Part shown: positions 1 through 8,836 of the stretch, piece by piece | Layout of the letters: each line of letters starts with the position of its first letter | Numbering within the stretch: the first letter of the stretch is position 1 | Source of the DNA: an uncultured Acidobacteriota bacterium | GTDB taxonomy: Bacteria > Acidobacteriota > Thermoanaerobaculia > Multivoradales > SZUA-115 | Length of the DNA: 64,000 bases | Direction: 5' to 3' | Assembly: GCA_963805975.1 (NCBI GenBank) | Contig: CAWDVR010000002.1 | Coordinates: 416,001-480,000 of the forward strand | The notes under the pieces: generated by a model | Told to the model about the DNA's origin: nothing | Databases searched by the model: none | The model's input: only the letters and a program-made list of their open reading frames with translations | Position numbers and translations under genes: made by a program

Positions 1-94
1 TCCACGTCGAGCCCGAGTCGGAGGCCCATGGCGTGGGTCCGGGCGACGGCACCCACCACGCGGGGTTTCGGCTCGGCACCGACACGCGGCCGGG

Positions 95-1106
95 ATGAGA
101 CGCTCGAACGACCGCCCACCCCGCGGGCGCTACGCGCCCACTCCCTCGGGCCTGCTGCACGTGGGCAACGCGCGCACGGCGCTCGCCGCCTGGCTCTCGG
201 TGCGCAGCCGCGGCGGAGCCTTCGTCTGGCGGCTGGAGGATCTCGACGGGCCGCGCACCGTGCCGGGCGCGGCGGAGGCGGCGACCGAGGACCTCGCCTG
301 GCTGGGGCTCGACTGGGACGAGGGCGGGGGGCGGGGCGGCCCGTACGCACCCTACGACCAGTCGCTCCGCGGCGAGCACTACGAAGCGGCGCTCGCCAGG
401 CTCCACGGCGCCGGCCGCCTCTTCCCGTGCAAGCTGTCGCGCGCCGACCTCGCGGATATGGCCAGGGCACCGCATGGGGCCACGGCGCCGCACGGCCGCG
501 AGGGCCTGCCTCCCTACCCCGCCGCGCTCCGGCCGCGCAGCCTTCCACCGCAGTGGTTCGAGGACCTCCGCGACTCTCCCGCACCCGACGCCGCCCTGCG
601 CTTCCGCGTCGAGAGCGAGCCCGTCACCTTCGTCGACCGGGTGCTACGGCACCGTGAGCGAACGGGTGGACGAGACCGTGGGCGACTTCGTGCTCAAGCG
701 CCGCGACGGCCTCTACGCCTACCAGCTCGCCGTGGTGGTGGACGACCTCGCGATGGAGATCGACGAGGTGGTGCGCGGCCGGGACCTGCTCGACTCCACG
801 GCGCGGCAGATCCAGCTCGCCGCGGCGTTGGGCGGTACGCCACCGGCCTACGCTCACCTGCCGCTGGTAGTCAACAGGGAGGGCGAGAAGCTCTCGAAGC
901 GCGACCAGGGTCTCACTCTCCGTGAGCTGCGCGCGGCGGGGGTCGCGCCCGAGGTGCTGGCCGGCTACCTCGCGTACACGCTGGGCCTCCTCGACCGTTC
1001 CATACCTCGCGCGCCGCGCGACCTCGTGCCGCTCTTCGCCTGGGAGCGCATCCGCCGCGAGGACTGGCGGCTGCCGGCGGACCTCGGCGCCGAGCTCAGG
1101 CCCTGA
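95..1106 (+). CDS. gluQ: tRNA glutamyl-Q(34) synthetase GluQRS (apparent +1 indel near 645)
   Basis: RYAPTPSGLLHVGN (HIGH-like), RLEDLD, GDFVLKRRDGLYAYQLAVVVDD and KLSKR motifs; ORFs 95..925 and 474..1106 join if one base is removed at ...gaccgggtgctacggc... Confidence 0.9.
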
Positions 1107-1117
1107 GGGAGGCTCGG

Positions 1118-1429
1118 CTACTGCGCCGAGGTCGCGCCGGCGAGCACCATCTCCAGGCGCCGGGGCGGGCCCGCGAAGTGTTCCGCGACCACGCCGCCGA
1201 ACGCCCGGTAGTGAGGCGTGCCGCGGTGGTCTTCGAGATGGGCCGCGCTCTCCCAGATCTCGTAGACCACGAAGCGGCCGGGCGCCGAGAGGGAGCGCAG
1301 CATGGTGTACTCCCGGCAGCCCTCCTCGGCGCGGCTCGCCGCCTCCATGGCTCGCAGCTCGGAGAGCACCGCATCCTCGTGGCCCGGCCTGGCCGCGAGC
1401 TCGACGATCAGCAACACGGGACCGCTCAT
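1118..1429 (-). CDS. Antibiotic biosynthesis monooxygenase (ABM) family protein
   Basis: 103 aa; SRAEEGCREY..FVVYEIWES..HLEDH..TPHY pattern typical of ABM/quinol monooxygenases. Confidence 0.85.
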   Translation of the reverse strand: MSGPVLLIVELAARPGHEDAVLSELRAMEAASRAEEGCREYTMLRSLSAPGRFVVYEIWESAAHLEDHRGTPHYRAFGGVVAEHFAGPPRRLEMVLAGATSAQ

Positions 1430-1460
1430 CGGAACCTCCCTCTCGAATGCTCGTTGGATC

Positions 1461-2267
1461 TCAGGGTTTGCGCGCCACCACGAAGTCCTGGAAGCTGGGC
1501 CGTTCCCGGTCGTCGGGGCTCCCGCACCAGGTGCCGAAGTGGATCGGCTCCTCGATCACGAGCCCCGCCGCTGCCATGAGCTCGCGTACCAGGCTCTCCT
1601 CGAGCCCGATCGCCGCGGCCGGGTTGGCGGCGTTCCGCAGGCGGTGGCGCCCGCGATCGACCGGCAGCTCGTACCCCGGGGCGGGAGCGCCGTGGACGAA
1701 CCGCTCCCCCAGCAATAGGAACGAGGCCACCAAGCGTCCGCCCGGCTTCAGCACGCGGGCCGTCTCGTGGAGATAGCGGGTCGTCTCCTCGACCGCGAGG
1801 TGGGTGAAGACCGAGGTGGCGAAGGCGAGATCGAAGTCGGCGTCCGGGAACGGGAAACGGTAGCCGGCGCCTGGCACGCCGCGGCGGTTGTACTCGGAGT
1901 TGAACACGGCGGCGCGCGTGAAGCGGAAGCGCGGGAAACGGCGGGTGACGTGCCGGCGGCACCAGCGGATGCTGCCGGCGACCACGTCGAAGCCCTCGTA
2001 GGAACCCTGCGCTCCCAGGAGCCCGGTGAGCGGGATCGCCACCCGGCCGATGCCGCAACCGATGTCCAGCACCCGGTGGTGCGGCTCGATCCGGCCGAGC
2101 CGCGCCACCAGCTCGGCCAGGTGGCGGCCGGTGGCGCGGAAGTCCCCGGCGCCGACGAACGACTTGCGCAGCGGCGGCAGCTCCGGCTCCGCCTTGCCGG
2201 CGAGGAAGATCCGCAGATCGACGTAGGCGTGGGAGAGGTAACGCGCGAGGCGGGTGCCGCGCGTCAT
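1461..2267 (-). CDS. Class I SAM-dependent methyltransferase
   Basis: VLDIGCGIGR motif I, FDLAFATSVFTHL, RVLKPGG. Confidence 0.9.
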   Translation of the reverse strand: MTRGTRLARYLSHAYVDLRIFLAGKAEPELPPLRKSFVGAGDFRATGRHLAELVARLGRIEPHHRVLDIGCGIGRVAIPLTGLLGAQGSYEGFDVVAGSIRWCRRHVTRRFPRFRFTRAAVFNSEYNRRGVPGAGYRFPFPDADFDLAFATSVFTHLAVEETTRYLHETARVLKPGGRLVASFLLLGERFVHGAPAPGYELPVDRGRHRLRNAANPAAAIGLEESLVRELMAAAGLVIEEPIHFGTWCGSPDDRERPSFQDFVVARKP

Positions 2268-2335
2268 CGTCGGGCCAGGAGATGTCCCGCCCACACGAGG
2301 AGCGCCTGTCGCATGACGGGCGGTATTCTAGCCGC

Positions 2336-3696
2336 ATGACCTCGCCGCCCTCCGGCCAGCCCGAGCCGCGCGCCGCTCCCCCTGCCGGCTTCTGGAAGTG
2401 GCTGGCGCTCGCCATGACGCTCGTGGCGCTCGGCACCAGCGCGATCGCCGTCGAGCTCTGGCTGCGAGTTGGATCGCCGGCGCCGGCTGCTCCTCCCGCG
2501 GTGGACGCTCCGCCGGCCGAGCCGCCGCCCCCGCCTCCCGATCGCCTCGACCTGGCGCCGGCCGGCTTCGCCGACCTCCCCGGTTGGCAGGGCGGACGGC
2601 GCGGCGGAGGCCCTGCCGGCCCTGGCGCGCTCCTGCCGCGTGTTCGCGGCCATGTCCCCGGCTCGCCCGGTCGGCCCTGCCGGCCGCGCCGGCACGGCCG
2701 CGGCCTGGCAGGCGGCCTGCCGCGCCGCCGCGACCGTGCCGAGGGGCGACCACGCCGCGGCGCGCCGCTTCTTCGAGGCGCTACTTCGCGCCCTGGGCGG
2801 CGAGCAACCACGAAGCGACGAGCGGCCTCTTCACCGGCTACTACGAGCCCACGCTCCGCGGCAGCCGGCGGCGTGCCGGGCGCTACCAGGTGCCGCTCTA
2901 CCTGCGCCCGCGCGACCTGGTGACGGTGGACCTGGGCCTCTTCCGCGACGACCTCGAGGGCCGGCGCCTCGCCGGGCGGCTCGACGGCGGCGCGCTCCTG
3001 CCCTACCACGACCGCAAGGCGATCGAGCGCGGCGCTCTCGCCGGCCGCGGCCTCGAGGTGGTGTGGGTGGACGACCCGGTGGACGCCTTCTTCCTCCAGA
3101 TCCAGGGCTCCGGGCGGGTGGAGATGGCCGAGGGCGGCGTCCTGCGGCTGGGCTACGCCGGCGGCAACGGGCACCCCTACTTCGCGATCGGCAAGGCGCT
3201 CGTCGAGCGCGGCGCCCTCACGAGCGAGGAGGTCTCCATGCAGTCCATCCGCCGCTGGCTCGCCGGGCATCCCGCGGAGGCGCCGGCCGTGATGGACAGG
3301 AACGCCTCCTACGTGTTCTTCCGCCGGCTCGAAGGCGAGGGGCCGCTCGGCGCGCTCGGCGTGCCGCTCACCCCCGGCCGCTCGCTGGCCGTGGACTCCC
3401 AGTTCCTCCCCCTGGGTGCCCCGGTCTTCCTCGACGCCGCGGCGCCGGCGGCCGACGCCCTGCAACCCGACCGTCCCCTCCAACGCCTGCTCCTGGCCCA
3501 GGACACCGGCGGCGCCATCACCGGCCCCTTGCGCGGCGACGTCTTCTGGGGCCCGGGCCCCGAGGCCGCCGAGATCGCCGGCCGGATGAAGCATCGGGGG
3601 AGGTTGTGGGTGCTGCTGCCGAAGGGCGTGGCGCCTGCAGGTGCGGCTGGCCGCGAGGATGAAACTAGGCCGCGGCCTCCAGCCTCTCGACCCTAG
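2336..3696 (+). CDS. mltA: Membrane-bound lytic murein transglycosylase A (two apparent indels near 2590 and 2780)
   Basis: N-terminal TM, FADLPGW, GLFTGYYEP, FFLQIQGSG, NASYVFF, AQDTGGAITGPLRGDVFWG (3D domain); spread over three frames. Confidence 0.9.
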
Positions 3697-3964
3697 CCCT
3701 CAGCTCAACCAGGGCGCCTTCGAGCCCGTGCAGGCGCCGGTCGAGCTCGGAGTAGGAGAGCCGGATCATCGACCTTGCCTCGCTGAAACCATCGACCACT
3801 TCTCGCCGCAACTCTCGTTCGACACGATCGAGCTTCGCATCCAGACCGCTCAGGCCTTCGGCGAGGAGACGCTGGTTGGACTCGAATCTCTCCGCCGCGA
3901 CGTCGAAGTGGCGACGAGTCTCGGCGAACTGCTCCATCATCTGCTCGACGACGTTGGGCTCCAT
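3665..3964 (-). CDS. Small coiled-coil hypothetical protein
   Basis: MEPNVVEQMM...ETRRHFDVAAERFES... 99 aa heptad-rich; -10-like TGcCAGGAT 7 nt upstream of the ATG. Confidence 0.7.
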   Translation of the reverse strand: MEPNVVEQMMEQFAETRRHFDVAAERFESNQRLLAEGLSGLDAKLDRVERELRREVVDGFSEARSMIRLSYSELDRRLHGLEGALVELRARVERLEAAA

Positions 3965-3994
3965 GGCGGCAATCCTGGCAGAACTCTCCACTTC

Positions 3995-4468
3995 TTGGCT
4001 ACCGCTGCCCGCTACCGGGCGGCGTTTCTGTGGCTGGGCGGGGAGACGGCGAAGCTCGGGTTTCCCAGCCAGGACGGCCCGCCCGGCCTTCCTGGTGATC
4101 GACCACATCACCAGTGGCGTCGCGCAGGCGGCCGTCGAGACCCTGCGGCCGAGCCGCTTCGCGGGCGCCGCCTTGCGCCGCCGGCGAGCCGCCGCCACCG
4201 CCGGGCTGCAACTGCCAGCCGCCGCTCAAGTGCTCACCCAACGGCGCCTGCGTTTCCGCCTGCCCCGGACGGCTTCGCGCAACCCTGGGAGAACCAGACC
4301 TGCCACCTCGGTACCTGCGTCGACACGGGAGGCGGCGGAGGCTCGGAGCCGCATCCCTGCGACTCCGATCTCGACGGCTCCGTCACCCTCGAGGAGTGCT
4401 ACGACTTCATGTGCATCGGCTCCGGCGGGTATCACCACGACGCTCAGTGCGCCAGCCTGGCTCAGTAG
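3995..4468 (+). pseudogene. Frameshifted Cys-rich ORF or gene remnant with an EF-hand-like loop
   Basis: Removing three single bases (~4083, ~4173, ~4267) gives a continuous reading with 12 Cys and DSDLDGSVTLEE, ending at TAG 4466-4468; start uncertain. Confidence 0.45.
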
Positions 4469-5862
4469 GCCGGGCGGCGCCACAGCTCTACCGCCACCGC
4501 GGCCAGGGCCCCGGGTAACAGGAGCTCGGCCGCGGCGACGTAGCGCCACTCGGGAGGCTGGAGCAGCAGGAGAAGCCCGATGGCGAGCAGGTAGAAGGAA
4601 CACGCGAAGGCGAGAAATCGGAGGCTGCTCGTCAGGCCGGCGGGAAGCGCGGTGCGACCGCTCGCGGAGCGCCCCCCACGGCGCCGGCGAACCCAGGCCA
4701 CCGTCGCCGCCCCTGCCGCCGCGGCAGCGGTCCCCCAGACCCAGGGGTTCGCAGCCGTCTGCCAGAGCGTCAAGACCCAGGCCCTGCCCAGCCAGACGAG
4801 ATAGAGCCCCGGCCGGGCGCGGAGGACCGCGACCGAAAGCGTGGCGAGGCGCCGGTCCACCCACAGGTCCCGGCCCTGGATCGAGCCGGCCTTGCCGGCC
4901 CCCGGCCCCTCCTCCCAAACCTGGCGCGCCGCCGGGACCGCCGTGCGCCAGGAGTTGGCGATGAACGGTTTCCGCCACGCCTCGACGCCGGAGCTCGCGT
5001 CCACCGCCGGGTGCCCTTTGCGCTGCCTCTCCTCCAGGATGCGCACCGCCAGCTCCCGCTCGCCCTCCGGCAGCTCGGAGATCAGCTCCGGCGTCAGCAT
5101 CGAAGTGGTGAGGCCACTCACGTTGTGGCCGGTGAACGCCACCAGGCCGAAGTGGCCCACGGCCCACCAGCGCACGGCGCAGAAGGCGAGGAGAGGCACG
5201 AAGGCGAGCGCCGCCAGGGCCGCCGCGCGGCGCCGCCCGCTCGCGAGACCCGCGAGCGGCACGAGGGCCACCAGGAAGAGGTACGACGGCCGGAACTGAT
5301 AGGTGAGGAACAGCGCCAGCCCGAGGCCGGCCCAGGCCATTCGCTTCCGCGGCTCGGCCAGTACCACCAGGAGCGACGCGACCGTGGCGAGCGCCAGGCT
5401 CGCCGCCGGGAGGTCGCTCATGATCGACGGCGCCAGGAAGGAAACCAGCGGCGAGTAGAGAGGCGGGGTGGCGGCGGCGAAGGCCGCGCCGTCGGACAGC
5501 CCGAACCTCCTCAGCGCGGCGCACAGACCGACCACGGCCAGGCAGTAGACGCCGAGCTGCACGTGCGGCAGCCAGCCGAGGTCCGGGGAGAGCCAGCCCA
5601 TGCCCCGCAGCGACAGCGGATAACCGAGGGTGCGGATGCTTTCCAGGAGATCGAGGAGCGATGCCCGATCCGCGAGATGCTGGTAGAGCCTGCTGTCGAT
5701 GCGGACGATGGGCTCGAAGCCGGGCGAGAGGAGGTTCGCGACGAAGACGGCACCGGCCTGGAGCGCCATCCAGGTGACGGCGCTGCCAGGCAGGCGCGGC
5801 GCTCGGCCAGCCCGAGCCGCCGCTCCCTCTCTCTCCCGATCTCCCGGCCGCCCTTCCACCAT
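4462..5862 (-). CDS. Polytopic membrane protein, GT-C/ArnT (PMT_2)-like glycosyltransferase candidate
   Basis: Many TM segments, RTLGYP, IMSDLP, FRPSY and a terminal WRY pattern; TAGCAT -10 box 7 nt upstream of ATG 5862. Confidence 0.6.
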   Translation of the reverse strand: MVEGRPGDREREGAAARAGRAPRLPGSAVTWMALQAGAVFVANLLSPGFEPIVRIDSRLYQHLADRASLLDLLESIRTLGYPLSLRGMGWLSPDLGWLPHVQLGVYCLAVVGLCAALRRFGLSDGAAFAAATPPLYSPLVSFLAPSIMSDLPAASLALATVASLLVVLAEPRKRMAWAGLGLALFLTYQFRPSYLFLVALVPLAGLASGRRRAAALAALAFVPLLAFCAVRWWAVGHFGLVAFTGHNVSGLTTSMLTPELISELPEGERELAVRILEERQRKGHPAVDASSGVEAWRKPFIANSWRTAVPAARQVWEEGPGAGKAGSIQGRDLWVDRRLATLSVAVLRARPGLYLVWLGRAWVLTLWQTAANPWVWGTAAAAAGAATVAWVRRRRGGRSASGRTALPAGLTSSLRFLAFACSFYLLAIGLLLLLQPPEWRYVAAAELLLPGALAAVAVELWRRPAY

Positions 5863-5932
5863 TCTCCGCATGCTAGCGCTTCCAGCCCTCCCCACCCCTC
5901 CAACGCGCAGGGCGCGGGCTCACCCGGTCCTC

Positions 5933-8630
5933 TCAGGGCACGGCGAGGCTCCAAGCCGACAGGTCCCCGCTCTCGAACCCGTCGGTGAAGAGGCCCTCGA
6001 CCGAGAGCGCGAAGTCGGCTCGGGCCATCGGCCCGTAGACGATCTCCAGCAGCGTGCCGGAGAGCGGGTCACAGAGGCCCGCGTACGCCGACCCGCGGGG
6101 GCAGGCGACGTGCTCGAAGACCTCGTCGATGCCGCCCAGGCCCGCATCCGTCGAAACCAGGTAGGACCCGGAATCGAGAGCAAGGTGGTAGCGGCCCGCA
6201 GCGTCCGTGCTGGTGCTGGCGAAGAGCTGGCCACTCGGCAGCCAGACGTCGATCCCCACTCCGGCGAGCGGTGCGCCACCTCCCTGGGCCGTCACCGTGC
6301 CCTGAATGCCGGGTCCGCGGTCGAGCGCGAGATCGATGCCGGTGGCCGCCGTGTCGAGGCTGACCTGGATCGGCGTACCCGCGGTCGGGTCACAGGAGTC
6401 ATGGGGATAGAAGCAGAGAACGCCGTTGTACAGCTCCCCGAGATGCTCGAAGCTCTGGGCATGGGCGAAGTAGGTCCCCGCTCGAAGGCCCGCGAGCTCG
6501 AAGTTGCCGAGAGAGTCGCTGTAAGTGGCGCCGCCAAAGGCGCCGCCCACATCCCACAGGGACACGTAGGCGCTCAGGGCCGTCCCGCTGGTTGTGTCCG
6601 TGACCCGGCCTCGGATCGACCCCAGCCGGCGCAGGGCGAAGTCGATGCCGGTCGTCTCCACCTCGAAGGCAACGGCGATCGGGTCGCCGGTCGTGGGGTC
6701 GCAAGGCGCATAGTAGGGGCAGGGCAGATCGTCGTACAGCTCGTCGAGCCAGCTCGAGCAGGAGGTCCGGACGAAGTGGGCACCGGGCTCGAGACCCTCG
6801 ATCGTGTAACGGCCCTCGGCGTCGGTATAGCCGCTGCCGTCGTACCAGTCGCCGTTGTAGGCGACCACCGAGCAGCCGGCGACCGGCAGGCCCGTTGCCT
6901 CTGCGATGACCCGGCCGGAGATCGAGCCCAGCTCGGTCAGCGAGAAGTCGACCCCGCTCGATTCGCTGCCGAGCGAGGCCGTCACCGGCGTGCCGGTGGT
7001 CGGGTCGCAGGAGGCTGGGCAGGGCAGGTCCTCGAACAGCTCGCGCTGGTACCCGGCCTCCTCCGCGGTGGCGAAGTAAGTCCCTGCGTCGAGGCCGCTC
7101 AGCGAGTAGCGACCCACTTCGTTCGTGTAGCCATAGCCAGCGTAGTACCCGTCCTGGTGCCAGAGCACGACGTACGCCGAGCCCAGGGGGGTGCCGCTTT
7201 CCTCGGCGCGAACCACGCCGGAGATCCGGGCCAGTCGATCGAGAGCGAAGTCGATCCCGGCCGCCGTGGAGCCGGGCGCCACCGGAACGAGCGTCGCGGA
7301 TTCGTACGGGCAGCCACTCGGCGTGCAGGCGATGTCGTCGTAGTACTCGTTCCGAAAGTCCCCGTAGATGTAGGTGCGCACGCGGTAGCTGCCGGCCCCG
7401 AGGCCCTGGATCCTGTAACGGCCTTCGCTATCGGTGTAGTCGTAGGCCCAGCCGATGCCATCGGGGTGGGTGGCCTCGATCTCGAGGAAAGGCACCGGGT
7501 CGCCGGTCCCGGCGTCGGTCACGATGCCGGTGACCGCACCGAAGGCCCGCAGGCTGAAGTCGATGCCGGCCGTGGTCTGACCGACCGTAGCCGCAACGGG
7601 GTCGCCGTCCCAGGGATCACAGTCGCCGTCGGCGCAGTCGATGCCATCGTAGAGCTGCGAGAGATAGGAGTAGTTGCTCGCCCGGAGGTAGTAGGTGCCG
7701 GATGCCAGGCCCTGGAAGCGGTAGCGGCCGACGTTGTCGGTGCCGGTATAGCCCCTGTAGGACCCGTCCGCATCGTAGAGCGTGATCTCGGCGTCCATCG
7801 CCAGCCCGCTCGCCGCCTCCCGCACCCGGCCGGTGATGATGCCGCCGGCCGCAAGCGCGAAATTGATGCCGGTGGTGACGATGCCTTCCTGCACCGTGAT
7901 CGCCGTGCCGGTGGTCACGTTGCAACCGCCGTCGCAGGGCAGGTTGTCGAAGACCTCATCGAAGTAGCTCTGATCGTTGTAGGTCCGGGCGAAGTAGGTG
8001 CCCGGCGAGAGAAAGTCGAAAGCGTAGTGGCCGGCGGAGTCCGTGGTACGCAACCCGAAGTAGAAGCCTGCGCTGTCGTAGATCTCGACGTAGACGCCAC
8101 CGAGCCCGGCAGTGGACGGCGACGCCGTCACCCGCCCGGCCAAGCCACCCCACCCGCCTCGGGCCCCGCGTGGTGGCTGCTCGCCTGGCACCCGGAGCTC
8201 CGCGGGCGCGGACGGCCTCTCGCCCCGCGCGTAGCGGTCGAGGTTGCCGAGATCGGCCTCCAGTGCCCGCTTCTGGGAGCGGAGCCGTGCGACCTCGGGG
8301 CCTTCCTCCTCGGAATCCAGCCGCGCACCGAGAAAACGCACCAGCCGCCGCAGGTGGAGAGCGTCCTGGGCCAGGCCCGGATCGGGCTGCCGGTCCGCCA
8401 GGACCTGGAGCCGCGTCCTCTCGGCACGAGTGCGGATGGCGTGCTCCGCCTCGGTCAAGCGTCGGGTGATGGCCTCGACCTGGCTCTCCCCCGAATCACT
8501 TCGCCAGGGCTGGCACAGCCCCGGGCTGCGCAACACCGGGCGCCGCTCCCAGCCAGCCGAACCAGCAGGCGCAGAGGCTCAGGCCTTTCGCCCAGTGCTT
8601 CCATCCTCGAGCTCGGACACTCGTTCTCAT
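5933..8630 (-). CDS. Secreted protein with 7 tandem carboxypeptidase-regulatory-like beta-sandwich repeats (apparent indel near 8500-8520)
   Basis: SD AGGAG + ATG 8630 gives a signal-peptide-like MRTSVRARGWKHWAKGLSLCACWFGWLGAAPGVAQ; repeats G.I.G.V...TD..GRY...GL..GTY...Y.D..C...C.P..G...GIDF.L; C-terminus LFTDGFESGDLSAWS. Confidence 0.8.
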
Positions 8631-8836
8631 GACCTCTCCTCTACCGGAGCTTCGCGCTTTCCCAAGCTCGCAAGAAGCTCCGAGCTTCCGTTCTAAAGTT
8701 CGTCCTTAGAGGGACTTACGCCGACGCGCAGTGCGTTTTCGGCGCCGCCCGGCTATGATGGATGGCGACATCGAAAGCAATTGTCGCAACCCCTACAATG
8801 CGGTTGGATGGCCTTTGCCGGCAGGAGGTTTATCGG

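Noticed and set aside
1-29. Possible start of a minus-strand gene (MGLRLGLDV...) running off the left edge
   Set aside because: Only nine codons are visible, too few to support a call.
5699-8632. 977-aa + strand ORF (and similar long ORFs such as 18265..22209 + and 29297..31747 +)
   Set aside because: Antisense shadows of real genes in high-GC DNA; no recognisable motifs.
8641-8830. Hairpins in the divergent intergenic region (8645-8682, 8766-8788) as a riboswitch
   Set aside because: The stems are real, but no conserved aptamer motif is recognisable; an Infernal/Rfam scan would be needed.
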